From Octopus sinensis (lineage: Eukaryota), in assembly GCF_006345805.1 (NCBI RefSeq), contig NW_021832006.1:1-62416 (forward strand): DNA of 62,416 bases, given 5' to 3'. The notes under the pieces are model-generated. The model had not been told where the DNA came from. It worked only from the letters and a program-made list of their open reading frames with translations, and did no database searches. This document shows positions 26,420 through 39,820 of this stretch, piece by piece; positions within the stretch are counted from its first letter, which is position 1; every line of letters begins with the position of its first letter. The position numbers and the translations under genes are program-made.

Positions 26420-26914
26420 TTGAGCGGGATGGGCTACTCGACCTGAAGAAAATTCTAACTGGGCCCTACCTGCAAGGTCATGTGCTGTTTATCTTGATAT
26501 GAGATCACCATGTCGCGCACATATGGTTGTGATGCATGTGCCTGGTGTACCCTTATCAGACGGGTAGTCATGATGGGTATACTGGGCTTCGTATATTTAA
26601 CCCCAGTGTCACTTTGATGGCATGAACTGCTCTCTCACTCAATGATAATAATAATAATAATAATAATAATATTATGTTTTACTAAAGGCACAGGGCCTGA
26701 AATTTTGCAGATAGGGGACAAGTCGATTATATCGACTCCAGTGATCAACTGGTACTTGTTTTATTGACCCCCAAACCCAAAAGTATGAAAGGCAAAGTTG
26801 ACCTCAGTTGCGTTTGAACTCCGAGTATAGAGCTGGAAGAAATGCTGTTGAGCATTTTGTTTGTTGCACTAACGATTCTGTCAGCTCATCACCTTAATAA
26901 TAATAATGATGATG

Positions 26915-26963
<49 letters not shown>

Positions 26964-26965
26964 TG

Positions 26966-26997
<32 letters not shown>

Positions 26998-27229
26998 GAT
27001 AATAATAATTTCTTTTGGCAGCCACAGGGAAATAAATGAGGGATACATCACAAGGACAAATAATAACAATTATAAAACGTAATTATTATTATTGTTGTTG
27101 TTGTTGTTTGAAATTATTTTGTTTCTTGAAGGTTTTCATCCATTTGAAGAAATCCTTTTGTCCAATTCCGCTGAAGGATATCACAATTTATTCGTTTCAT
27201 GCTACCATCATCATCATCAACATCATTCT

Positions 27230-27715
27230 TTTTCTACTTCTTCTTCTTCTGCTTCCCCTTCTCCTCCTCCTCCTCCTCCTCTTCTTCTTTCTTCATCTTC
27301 TCCCTCCTCTTTCTCTTCTTTCTTCTTCTTCTCCTTCCCTCCTCCTCTTCTTTCTTCTTCTTCTTCTTCTTCTTTCTTCTTCTTCTCCCTCCCTCCTCCT
27401 CTTCTTTCTTCTTCTTTCTTCTTCTTCCCCCTCTGCTTCTTTCTTCTTCTTCTTCCCCCTCCGCTTCTTTCTTCTTCTTCTCCCCCTCCCTTCTTCTTCT
27501 TCTTCCTCCTCCTCTTCTTTCTTCTTCTTCCTCCTCCTCTTCTTTCTTCTTCTACTTCCTCCTCCTCCTCTTCTTTCTTCTTCTTCCTCCTCCCCTTCTT
27601 TCTTCTTCCTTCTCCTCCTCTTCTTTCTTCTTCTTCTTCCTCCTACTCCTCCTCTTCCTTCTTCTTCCTCCTTATCCCCCTTCCTCCTCCTCTTCTTTTT
27701 CTCCTTCTCCTTCTA
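27230..27715. repeat. (TCT/TCC)n polypyrimidine tract
   Basis: Direct reading. Confidence 0.9.
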
Positions 27716-29151
27716 ATTAGTGCTACTAACACTGCTACTAACGATGATGGCGACGGCCTTAACAATCACAACGATGGTGATGGTTGCGACAACGACGCCG
27801 ATGATGATGATGACGAACAATAGTACTGGTGGTGGTGGTGGTGGTGGTGGTGGTGGTACTGGTGGTGGTGGTGGTGGTGGTGGTACTGGTGGTGGTGGTG
27901 GTGGTGGTGGTGGTGGTGGTGGTGGTGGCGATAGTGGTGTAAGCTGTCACTGCTCCCAATGATTACACTGATCTCGATGATAATGGTGATAACGATAACG
28001 ATGATTACGATGATGACGATGACAAAATCAAGAATCGCCATTACAATGGTTGTCATCACGGCAGTGTCGTATTTGTCATATTTATCCATGTTCTTCTTCA
28101 AGTTCTGTTGAAGTTTCGGACTGAAATAACATTGATAGAGAAGTCAGGAAGAGAAACAAATTAGGACATTTTTTTGTTTATTTTTTATTTTGTTTTTTGT
28201 GTGTTTGTTTGTGCGTTTAAAATTCTGTTTATGCGATTGTTGACGAGCAAGAAGAAGATGACAAAAATGTTTGTTGTTCTTGTTGTCGTTGTTGTCGTCG
28301 TTGTGTTTGTTTGTTATATCCTGCTCTTTGCGGAAGAGAATATTGTCACAGTTCTTTGTTATAAGATAACATTGCCGATGGGCGAAAGGACGAAAGGACA
28401 AAAAAACAAAAAAAAAAAAAAAAAAAAAAAAAAGAAAGAAAACAAACCAACACACAAACAAACAAACATACGACTACTATGGCTTCTTCCTTTTATTGTT
28501 CGGAAGTCGTCGCGGAGAGAAAAAGCTCGGTCAAGTCTTACCCCACCTTTTGGACTTTTCCGAGAAGAATGAGAAGGCGGGTGGAGGCAACAGCGGCGAT
28601 GCTGGTGGTGGTGGTGGTGGTGGTGGTGGTAGTGGTGGCGGCGGCGATGGTGGTGGCGTAAGGGGGGAAGAGGGGGAAGGGAGAGGGGTGGTAGGAGAGC
28701 AAAGGGAAGGGATTGGGTGGAAGTGGGGTGGGGGTGGGGGGCAACTGAAACGCATGCAATGATGCAATGACAACAGGACTGCGATTGCTTCTGCTTGCTC
28801 ATGTTGGCAAACGGAGGACATTGCTACTACAACTACTACTACTACTAATAATAATAATAATAATAATAATGATAATAATAATTCTGCTACTACTAGTAAT
28901 GACAATAATAATGATACTCCTCTTCCTCCTCCTCCTCCTCCTCCTACTACTACTACTACACTACTACTACTACTACTACTACTGTTGCTAGTACCACAAG
29001 TGGTGTGGGTTGCAGTGCTGATGGTAGTAATAGTTGCTGTAACATTGGTAGAAGCAGCGGCAGCAGCAGTAGCAGTAGTAGTAGTAGTAGTAGCAGTAGT
29101 GGTGGTGGTGGTGGTGGTGGTGGTGGTGGTGGTGGTGGTGGTGGTGGTGGT

Positions 29152-29187
<36 letters not shown>

Positions 29188-29569
29188 GTATAGTAGTAGT
29201 AGTAGAGCCAGCAGCACCAACTGAACCTTCTGGGCCTAGAGTCCAGGTATATGGAACTAACGAAGAGATCTCTCTACATAGGCACCTGTCATGCTAGAAA
29301 TACTAGCTTGACACCCTTAAATTCACTCTACCCATCTTGCGGGAACTGAAGAGTGTATTGAAATAAGAATAATTTTAGATATGTGAAAAGAATGCAGTGG
29401 TATTGGTCATGGCTGCAAGATATTTGATCATAAGGTTTGCTGAACCAAGACTGACCTATAGTTAAATAACAACTGCACAAACAAAACCCGGTTGCTCTTT
29501 TTGAAGGCAAAATGCGATCCCTTTTGTGGAGTAGTGGTGTTACTTCCATAACAGCCACCACCATCATCA

Positions 29570-29605
<36 letters not shown>

Positions 29606-29608
<3 letters not shown>

Positions 29609-29920
29609 TCGAAAGATCTGTTCTTCACTCCTGCTCCAGAGCGTCGGCTGCAGGGTCACTCCGAAAAGCTCTATCTGCGACGATTTCATCTCAATCGAAG
29701 GAGAGGGGCTTTCTCCATCCGGGTTGCGGATCCATGGAATAAGCTGCCGGACGAGATAGTGAAGATGCCGACGACCGCTCGGTTCAAAGTCTCCTTTGAC
29801 CACAAGTGGCCTGAACTCTTTACTTGAACACCCTCCCCGTACATAACTCCATGTCCCCCTACATGGCCTTACTTTTTTGCTTTTTGAGCCCAAAAATTAA
29901 CTAACTAACTAACTACTACT
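29606..29920 (+). mobile_element. CR1-type LINE 3' end with (TAAC)n tail
   Basis: Frame not in the ORF track: LQGHSEKLYLRRFHLNRRRGAFSIRVADPWNKLPDEIVKMPTTARFKVSFDHKW, stop at 29825. Confidence 0.8.
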
Positions 29921-30134
29921 AGTTGCCTGTGTGGGAAGAAGTTTTCTTTCCAACCTCATGGTTCTGGGTTCAGTCCTACTGCATGGCATCTTGGAGCAAA
30001 AATATCATCTTGGTTGGAAATGTGAGGGTTTGTGGCAGGAAAGGCATCCAGCTGTAGAAAATCTGCCACAACTTTCTCCATCTGACCGATGCAAGCATAG
30101 ATAAGTGGACAGTAAAATGATGATGATAAGGTGG

Positions 30135-30275
30135 GGGTCTTGGCCCTGATTCTACCAGTATCAGAAGCCTCATAAGGGATCTTGGCCCAGATCATACCAG
30201 GGTCAGAATCCCTATAAGGGGTCTTGGCCCAGATCATACCAGGGTCAGAACCCCTATAAGGGGTCTTGGCACTGA
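30135..30275. repeat. ~42-bp minisatellite, about 3 units
   Basis: ggggtcttggcccagatcataccagggtcagaatccctataa. Confidence 0.8.
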
Positions 30276-30562
30276 TTGCTCCAGTCTCAAAGTCCCTGTA
30301 ATATGCTTATGTCATTGATTGGTCTTTGTGACTAAGAAATGAAAAAAATATGAAACACTGGTGTTTTTCACGGGTTTATTTCAGGGACCAGCAAGTAAGT
30401 TGTCAATATGGATCCCTTAGAGTTTATGTGGCTATCAAAAGGATCAGTAAACAGCTGACATGAATTTAAACATTAAGGACACTGAATTATTAGCAAACTG
30501 TCTATTTTTTTTGCAACGTGAATATGATTCAATTTCAAAAGGTTCATCTCAAGTAAAAATAT

Positions 30563-31063
30563 AAATGCGCCCTTTTAAAGCCTAGCCAGGCTCATGAGCC
30601 CGGTTTCCTGGTTTCTGTGGTGTATGTGTTCCCCAGCTGGACGGGACGCCAGTCCATCACAGCGTTACTCATTTTTGCCAGCTGAGTGGACTGGAGCAAC
30701 ATGAAATGAAGTGTTTTGCTCAAGAAGACAACACGTTGCCCGGACCAGCAATCGAAAGCACAACCTTTCGATCATGATGCTGACACCCTAACCACTAAGC
30801 CATGTGCCTCCACAAATGTGCCCTTTTAAAGCCTAGCCAGGCTCATGGGTCCGGTTTCCCGGTTTCTATGGCGTATGTGTCCCCCAACTGGACAGGATGT
30901 CAGTCCATTGCATTGTTACTCGTTTTTGCCAGCTGAGTGGACTGGAGCAACGTAAATGAAGTGTTTTGCTCAAGAACACAACACATCACCCGGTCCAGGA
31001 ATCGAAACCACAATCTTACGATCATGGTGCTGACACCCTAATCACTAAGCCAAGCGCCTCCAC
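30563..31063 (-). mobile_element. Head-to-tail dimer of SINE family D
   Basis: Two ~250-bp copies, reverse complement of 35277-35530. Confidence 0.85.
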
Positions 31064-31661
31064 TGTTCACCTCAAGTACAATATGGAAATTGAAAATGTT
31101 TTAGCATGTATCACATCATTGTTGTATGCCTCGTAAACATATAATCCAGTTGGTTGATTAGTGAGCCAGTTTGTGACAAGCGCACATTTGGCAAGAAGAC
31201 ATCATAATTCAGTTTTAATGAAAGAGAGAAACAGATTAAATATGGAAGTGCACAGACATTTAAAGCTAAAATTTACTAATTTCCTGCCAAAATGTTGATG
31301 CAATAATAATTAGTATTCACCAAACACATATTTTGCATTAAAGATTCTGACTATACTAATATAATATCACTGAATTTTTATTGTTCTTTATCAGTTTCGT
31401 TAATTATTAACATTAAATTTTGTTAAATATTTCTTATTAAAAAGTGATAATGATAAAAAAAATAAAGGAATTGTTAATTTTTGAATTAAGAAATTTATAT
31501 TAATTATACTTCAGTTTTGTATTCAGTTTGCAAGATTCTGGATATGAATTTGTGTGTTGAAACAAATCCTGTAGTGTCTTGGGAGGGTCATCACAACAAT
31601 AATAATGACAACACACACATTGGTTCAATATTACTTCTTTATTGTTAGTCAATTTGTTAAT

Positions 31662-31868
31662 TATGAGTGGGTATTGAAAAGTTCTTGGCTTTAAGAGTAT
31701 TGCAAAGACCTGGAGGTTCAACCATCTGAGTTCTTTTACAGGGTTTAGAAAAACTGAAGGACCACTACAATAAGGGTGTAAATCTGAGAGGGGAAAATGT
31801 TGAATAAAATCATAACTGACCCTCCTGTATTTATTTTTTATTCAAAACCAGGTAATTTTTAGCATCCT
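31662..31868 (+). mobile_element. Mariner-derived MITE
   Basis: Retains the transposase end (GLEKLKD..NK.VNLRGE.VE*). Second copy at 32945-33165. Confidence 0.65.
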
Positions 31869-32093
31869 AGGGCGGCAAGCTGGCAGAATCGTTAGCACGC
31901 CGGGTGAAATGCTTAGCGGTATTTCGTCTGCCGTTACATTCACAGTTAAAATTCCGCTGAGGTCAACTTTGCCATTCATCCTTTCGGGGTCGATTCAATA
32001 AGTAACAGTTACGCACTGGGGTTGATGTAATTGACTTAATCTCTTTGTTCGTCCCCTCTATGTTTAGCCCCTTGTAGGCAATAATTAATAAAT
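31869..32093 (+). mobile_element. SINE family M, full length
   Basis: A-box-like tggcagaatcgttag, central tcatcctttcggggtcga domain, tail agccccttgtaggcaataa. Confidence 0.8.
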
Positions 32094-32166
32094 ATATACA
32101 TACATACATATACATATACATATATATATATATATAATATATATATATATATATTATATATATATA

Positions 32167-32197
<31 letters not shown>

Positions 32198-32198
<1 letters not shown>

Positions 32199-32388
32199 GA
32201 TAGATTGTTAGCTCCTACATGCATTTTTTCTCTCCTTGTTTTTTTCTGTGTATCTTTCTGTCGAAGTGCGTAGGCTCAAATCGTAAAAGACTTTTTCTAT
32301 TTCTATTCCTGAGAGCTATACTAATACATTTGTTTGTTTGTACTCCACCTGCCTTCGTCTTTTGTTTATTTTCGTAAACTTTCCCGTT
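32198..32388 (+). mobile_element. HHR element family A; decayed motif at 32253-32290
   Basis: TCTTT CTGTCGA a gtgc gtag gctc aaat CG TA AAAGA, with (TA)n on both sides. Confidence 0.7.
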
Positions 32389-32717
32389 ATATATATATAT
32401 ATATATACCACCCAGCGAACTTCCACCATGGGTCATCACAATTGCTTAAGGTAAAAATGAATTCCTCGCTCTTTCGGAAACATCAATCTTCTGTATTGAC
32501 CGCTTTCCACCACTTTGATCTGTTTTTTGTATTGAATACGTATCGCCACCGTGGGCCACTGCATCGAACACTTTGAACATATACTTCAAACTATATATCA
32601 ACTATACATGAACTATATATCAACTATACATGAACTCTAAGATGTCTGACTCCGTTGTGTACTATAAATGAATTTCTTGTGTTTGACGGCATGAGCTGTC
32701 TTTTTTTATATATAACT

Positions 32718-32759
32718 TTTTTTGATAAGGTTCATTTCAGGAACTGAAACATGTTATAA
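32718..32759 (+). ncRNA. Hammerhead motif, U3-A8 variant, weak stem I
   Basis: tttt TTGATAA GGTTC atttcag GAACT GAAA CATG TT ataa. Confidence 0.45.
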
Positions 32760-32859
32760 TGTATATATAAAAATTAAAAATTGTATAATACAGCAGCATT
32801 TTCAAACTTCATTTTTTACAAATATATACCTACTCGTATACGAGCTAATCCTATTATAA

Positions 32860-32890
<31 letters not shown>

Positions 32891-32944
32891 TATACATATA
32901 TATATACACACACACACATATACACATTTACAGAAATATACATC

Positions 32945-33165
32945 TGAGGAGGTTCTGTAAAGTTCCTGTCTGTAAGGGTGTCACGAAAAGCATGGTTGGA
33001 GGCTCGACCTTCCGAATTCTTTCACAGATCGTAGAAAAACTGAAGGACTGCTGGAATAAGTGTGTGAATCTAAGAGGGGGAATATGTTGAGTAAAATCAT
33101 AATTAACTGATCCTTTTTCCATTTTCTTTTATCCAAAACCAGGAACCTTTCAGCACTCCATTCAT
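32945..33165 (+). mobile_element. Mariner-derived MITE
   Basis: Matches 31662-31868. Confidence 0.65.
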
Positions 33166-33473
33166 GTCTAACAATCAGTTGTTTGACTCACAATGATTTG
33201 ATTGTTTAACTAGCACATTAAGCAAATGACTGATTAGTTGGTTGGTTAAATAATTAACTAAATGACTAACAACAAAGTGGAATTGAACCTGTGAACGTGT
33301 TATTATCATTGACATAATGACCTTCCCAAGACACAACAAGATATATTAATTATACATTTTAATTGCATTTTAGGAATTTACATGATGGGGTGGTCAGTAA
33401 ATTATCAAGGATTCCATGAGGTGGGGTGGGGAGAGATCAATAATATAGGAAGTTTTCAGAAACCCTGGATTAA

Positions 33474-33695
33474 CCCTTTTGTTACCATATTTCTGTTGAG
33501 ATGCTCTGTGTTTCTTTCAATTAATTTTAAATATAATGAAGAATCTAATAAAATAACTTAGTTATCATTCAGCTAGTATTAGAAACATTAATTGTGATGA
33601 AGGTTTGGTGGAAGATTTTAATTCAAACCTTATGAAAACAAGACATTTGTATTACAGGGCCAGAGTTGGTTTCAACTGGGTTGGTATCAAAAGGG
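33474..33695 (+). mobile_element. piggyBac-type TTAA MITE
   Basis: TTAA|CCCTTT...AAAGGG|TTAA. Confidence 0.8.
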
Positions 33696-33726
33696 TTAAG
33701 AATTGTTTCTCTATTATTTATTTTAA

Positions 33727-33948
33727 CCCTTTTGTTACCATATTTCTGTTGAGATGCTCTGTGTTTCTTTCAATTAATTCTAAATATAACAAAGAATTTA
33801 GTAAAATAACTTAGATATCATTAAGCTAGTGTTAGGAACATAAATTGTGACTAAGGTTTGGTGGTAGATTTTAATTCAAACCTTATGAAAACAAGATATT
33901 TCTATTACAGAGCCAGAGCCGGTTTTTGCCAGGTTGGTAATGAAAGGG
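33727..33948 (+). mobile_element. piggyBac-type TTAA MITE
   Basis: Same termini and internal sequence. Confidence 0.8.
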
Positions 33949-34556
33949 TTAAGGTAATGAAAGCAGAAGGCTCTGCCCCTGTCTGATATGAGTCCCAGAC
34001 TCAGCTGTTTGTATTTGCGCTTTTAGGGCTCTATTGTTAAGTCTTGAGAGCCACAGACTGGACTGTGGAACATGACCAGACTGTCTCACTATACTCCATG
34101 CAATTGACCACAACAGTTAGGACTGTATAGTATAGTCTTCAGCTAGTCCAAGGGTTGATAAGAACCCTTGGGGGTTTACATGACTGTCCGAGGGGTTGAT
34201 ATTTCAATTATATCAAGTATAATATCACTGAATTTTCACTGACCTTCATCAATTTCATTAAGTATTTTCATTAAATTTCTTTAAATATTTTTTTTAATTA
34301 AGAAGCAGTAATGAAGCAAAAGAATGAAGAAATTATTATTTTTAAATCAAGAAATTCATATTAATTATATTTTTTAATTATATTTTAGAAATTTACTTGA
34401 TGGGGGTGGGTAAGTTATTGATGTTTCCATGAAGGAAAGTTATCAACGTTTGCAAACCCCTCGTTTAAGGTAATTAGAGCCTCAAGGCTCTTCCCCAACC
34501 TGATACAAGTCCCAGACTCAGCTGTTTGCATTTGAACTATAAGCTTCTATCATTAA

Positions 34557-34778
34557 CCCTTTCATTACCAACCCGGCTGAAACCGACTCTGGCTCTGTAG
34601 TACAACTGTCTTGTTTTCATTAGTTTTGAATTAAAATCTTCCACCAAACCTTAGTCACAATTTATGTTCCTAACACTAGCTGAATGATAACTAAGTTATT
34701 TTACTAAATTCTTTGTTATGTTTAAAATTAGCTCAAAGACACACAGAGCATCTCAAAATAAATGCAGTAACAAAAGGG
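34557..34778 (-). mobile_element. piggyBac-type TTAA MITE, inverted
   Basis: Reverse complement of the two previous copies, with TTAA flanks. Confidence 0.8.
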
Positions 34779-35276
34779 TTAATCTTGGGAGCCACAGACT
34801 CGACAGTGGACAGTGGAATGGAACATGTCTAGACAGTCAAACCATTCTCCAGATTATTGACCATAACATGTAGGACTGTACAATATAGTCTTCAGCTGGT
34901 CTAGAGTTTGGCAAAATGGTCAGCATGACTCTTAGGGGTTGATGTTGAGTTGATATTCCAATTATATTAAATATGTCATCACTGGACTTTCTTTGTTTTT
35001 TTTTATCAATTTCTTTAAGTATTTTTTTTTTTTAAAAGCATTAATGAAGCAAACGATGGAAGGGAACACAACCACATACACACATACACATATATATGTA
35101 CTTCCCCACACATATACATACACAAACATATATATATATATATATATATATGAATAAATAAATGGAGTTTAACGCAGGTGTAATCAAATATTTTTACTTT
35201 CGACACATGTTTCGAAAATTCCACTGATACTATTCAAAAGAATAAATGGTATAAACAATGCTTATATATATATATA

Positions 35277-35530
35277 GTGGAGATGCGTGGGTTAGTGGTT
35301 AGGGTGTCAGCATCATGGTTGTAAGATTGTGGTTTCGATTCCTGGGCCAGGCACCATGTTGTGTTCTTGAGCAAAACACTTCATTTCACGTTGCTCCAGT
35401 CCACTCAGCTGGCAAAAATGAGTAACGCTGCGATAGACTGTCGTTCCGTCCAGCTGGGGAACACACACGCCATTGAAACCGGGAAACCACGCCCATGAGC
35501 CTGGCTAGGCTTTAAAAGGGCACATTTATT
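35277..35530 (+). mobile_element. SINE family D (tRNA head, CORE-like domain, gatagactgtcgttccgtccag tail)
   Basis: A/B boxes present. Matches the 30563-31063 dimer. Confidence 0.8.
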
Positions 35531-35539
35531 ATATATATA

Positions 35540-35870
35540 TACGTATCACCTTGATCACCTTCACCAACCAGTCCGTCAGGCGTCCATTTGACACCGCTGG
35601 TCACAGCACGCAGTCCACTCCTCTCTTGATTGCACCTTTCTCATCCATGTAATCCCAATCGTCCACCTGAAATCGTAACTCCACCGTCATGGAGGTCTTC
35701 CGGGTGGTCTTTTCCGCTCATGCGGGTATCACTCGACAACTGCATGGGTCCACCAATTATCGGTGAGCCAGGTGACGTGTCCAGCCCATCTAAACTTGCT
35801 GTGTGTATACTCTGCAATGACATCTCTCACGCTGGACTTCGTTCTGATGATCTTGCTACTTATGTGCTCT
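35540..35870 (-). mobile_element. RTE-clade LINE 3' end, second family
   Basis: IRTKSSVRDVI...KFRWAGHV..LTDNWWTHAVVE...KRPPGRPP. Tail aaggtgatcaaggtgat. Confidence 0.75.
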
Positions 35871-36461
35871 CTCATATATATATATGAACTCCTGAATATA
35901 TATATATTTGTGTATATGTAAATATACACACATGCAACTCACATAAGCATGTTCAGATGTTTGTATACAATTTTATTTTATATAAAACAAGCATATATAA
36001 TATGTCCAGTGAAGGTGGGTGGCTTAGTGGTTAGGAGTATTCGACTCTTGATCTTAAATTCGTGAGTTCTATTACTGGTGGTGCTTTGTGTTCTTGAGCA
36101 AGACTCTATATTTCACATTGTTTGAGTCCACTCAGGCTGTTTTGTTGATTGGACCAACTGAAACCCTTGTCGTCATAATTCACAGAGTGCCAGTTGTAGC
36201 ATTTCCAGTGAATATATATTGATGTTTTGGCAGCTGGAGATCAGGATTATGTGACTAGTTTTTGGCTTGCTTAAAACTCATCAGGGATCATTTATCTCAA
36301 AATATCTACTGCCTTGATTAAGAATATATCAGATTAAAAGGTATCTATCTTTTTGTCTGAATGGCTGTCTCCTCTTTCTGTGTGTGTGGTGTGTGTGTGT
36401 GTGTATGTGTGTGGTATATATGTATATAGATAGAAAAATATATAAATATATATAGGGACAG

Positions 36462-36492
<31 letters not shown>

Positions 36493-36660
36493 TACATATA
36501 TATACATACATCTATATGTATATGTATGTATATCTGTATGCATATCTAGCATATCTATCTATATAGATATGAATATATACATATATACATGCATACATAT
36601 AAATATATATATATATGTGTGTATATATATACAGAGAGATAGATAGATAGATAGATAGAC

Positions 36661-36705
<45 letters not shown>

Positions 36706-37508
36706 CATACACACATATCTAATTACACAAGTGTATATACACAGACGTGTGTGCATATATCGTCCCAAGGAATGTTAACATCACTCAAGGGCATTGAGTG
36801 ATTTCATGTTGAAAATTTTTATTAACAATCAGCTTCCCATTACTCTATTATTTCATACCATCCTTAAAATTGCATGCTATCGCCCGCCACGTTTTCATAA
36901 CTTGACATTTTTCTCTCTCCTCCAACCCTGACTCTCCCTTCTTTACCCTCCAAGAATCAGTTAATCTGTTAAACAGTAATTGTGGTGGTGGTGGTGATGG
37001 CAGTAGTGTTTTCATTAAGTAATGAGGTGATGGTGGCAGTGACAGTGGTGGTGGTAGGAATGATCTCGATGTTGTAGTAGCGCTTTGGTGTCATAGCCAT
37101 GGGCTGCCTATTAGCACCTGCCTTTTACAAATTGTTATATGTTCAGCTTCTCTAAATAACCTAGCATACATGTCAAATGTATTGCCGTTAAGTCAGCGAT
37201 ATTTTTCCTAATTGCTGATAGTGATCACTGCAGCTGCCAACGGCCATTGCTACAGTGCAGACATGGTGGTGCTGGTGGTGGTTTTAGTTGTGGTGGCTGT
37301 GGTGCTTCTGGTAGTTGTCGCGGTGGCATTGCTCATGTGGTTGTATTGGCGTCAGTGGTGGTGTTGGTCATGGTAGTAACGGTGGTGATGAATGTGGCTT
37401 TCTGTGCTTGCAGTTTATATGTCATAGTTCTCTTGATTGGTTAGTTGTTTGTGTCAATAACAATTATACATACATATATATACATATATATATATACATA
37501 TATATATA

Positions 37509-37541
<33 letters not shown>

Positions 37542-37868
37542 CACAAACACAAGCACTCGTATACATACATATATATACATGCATGTATATATATATATAT
37601 ATATATATGCACATACACACACACAAACACACACATACACACACACACACGCACACACATATACATGCTAAAATACATTCATAAATATAAATATTCAAAT
37701 GTATATACTCATATATACATTTATATGCATCTATGTATATATATATCAACATCATCATTATCATTCAATGTCCATTTTTCATGCTCGCATGGGTTTCACA
37801 CATACACACACACACACATGTATATAAGTGTATATATCGTGTATATATGCATAAATATGTATATATAC

Positions 37869-38200
37869 ATGTAAAAGCATGTGGCTTAGTGGTTAGGACT
37901 TTTGGCTCATGATTGGAAGGTTGTGAGTTCGATTCCCATATTGGCGATGTGTTGTTCCTTAAGCAAGACACTTTATTTCACGTTGCTCCATTCCACTCAG
38001 CTGGCAAGAATGAGTAGTACCTGTAATTTCAAACGGCAAGCTTTGTCACACTCTGTGTCACGCTGAATCTCCCTGAATCATGCTGAATTACAGGTACATG
38101 TGTCTGTGGAGTACTCAGCCACTTGCATATTAATTTTACGAGAAAGCTGTACCACTGATCGTATCAGTGGGACCATAATTGTTGTAACCGACAGAATGCT
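37869..38200 (+). mobile_element. SINE with CORE-like head and Deu/Nin-like 3' module
   Basis: 3' module is shared with 48118-48300. Confidence 0.7.
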
Positions 38201-38203
38201 CCT

Positions 38204-38561
38204 ATCATCATCATCATCATCATCATCGTTTAACGTCCGCTTTCCATGGACGGTTCAACTAGGGTCTGGGGAGCCAGTAGGCTGCGCCAGGCCCAGTCTG
38301 ATCTGGCAATGTTTTTACAGCTGGATGCACTTCCTAACGCCAACCACTCCGTGAGTGTAGTGGGTGCTTTTTACATGCCACCTGCACAGGTGCCAGACGA
38401 GGCTGGAAATGGCCACGATCGGATGGTGCATTTTACGTGCCACCGGCACGGAGGCCAGTCGGGGTGGCACTGGTAACGGCCACGTTCGGATGGTTCTCTT
38501 ACATGCCACCGGCACTGGTATCACATCTACAATTTCCATTGATGTTGATCGATTTCAATTT

Positions 38562-38564
<3 letters not shown>
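38204..38564 (-). mobile_element. RTE LINE 3'UTR
   Basis: Family match. Confidence 0.8.
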
Positions 38565-38598
<34 letters not shown>

Positions 38599-38969
38599 AC
38601 ATATACATGGTTCCAGGTGTCAGTCACACTGTGTGGAACCTTGGGCAAGTGTCTTCTACTATAGCCTTGGGCCAACCAAAACCTTGTGAGTGGATTTGGT
38701 AGATGGAAACTGAAAGAAGCCTGTCGTATTATATGCATGTGTGTGTGTGTATATTTTTGTGTGTCTGTGTTTGTTCCTCACCATCACTTGACAACTGATG
38801 TTGGTGTGTTTATGTCCCTGTAAATTTGTGGTTTGGCAATAGAGATCGATAGAATAAATACTAGGCTTACGAGGAATAAGTCCTGGGGGCAATTTGTTTG
38901 AGTAAAGGCGGCACTCCAGCATGGCCACAGTCATGACTGAAACAAGTAAAAGAATAAAGGAATATATAT

Positions 38970-39188
38970 AATGGAAATGTACTTGCATGGCAAGTGACCT
39001 GATCTGAGATCGTGTGCTAAAGCAAAAACAATTGCAGCATGGAATGTGTTTAAGCCATTTAAAAACACACAAAAACCCATTAGATTCACTTCAACATTTA
39101 ATATTTTGGCAAATTAAATTTAAATGTTGAAGTGAATCTAATGGTTTTTGTGTGTTTTTAAATGGCTTATAAACACCTTCTGCGCTGC
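38970..39188. mobile_element. Fold-back element of the 2365-2620 family
   Basis: Arms 39034-39101/39120-39188. The loop carries the HHR 3' remnant atattttggcaaa. Confidence 0.65.
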
Positions 39189-39195
39189 TATATAG

Positions 39196-39239
<44 letters not shown>

Positions 39240-39725
39240 TTTAGGCATAGGAGTGGCTGTGTGGTAAGTAGCTTGCTTACGAACCTCACGGTTACGGGTT
39301 CAGTCCCACTGTGTGGCACTTTGTGCAAGTGTCTTCTACTATAGTCTCATGCCGACCAAAGCATTGTGAATGGATTTGGTAGACGGAAACTGAAAGAAGC
39401 TCGGCGTATATATCTATATCTATATCTATATATATATGTATGTGTATGTTTCTGTATATATATATATGTGTGTGTGTGTGGTGTGTGTGTGTGTATGTTT
39501 TTGTGTCTGTGTTTGTCCACCTAACATCGCTTGACACCCAATACTGGTGTGTTTACATGCCATAACTTAGCAGCTTGGCAAAAGAGACCGATAGAATAAA
39601 TACTAGGCTTACAAAGAACAAGTCCTGGGGGTTGATTTGCTTGACTAAAAGTGGTGCGCTAGCATGTCCACAGTCAAATGACAAACAAGTAAAAGAGAGA
39701 AAAAGAGTATATGTATATATATATA

Positions 39726-39791
<66 letters not shown>

Positions 39792-39820
39792 ATATATGTG
39801 TGTGTGTGTATATATATATA

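Noticed and set aside
35197-35220. Minus-strand GAAA CATGTG TC hammerhead 3' half
   Set aside because: The 5' core is absent, so at most a truncated relic.
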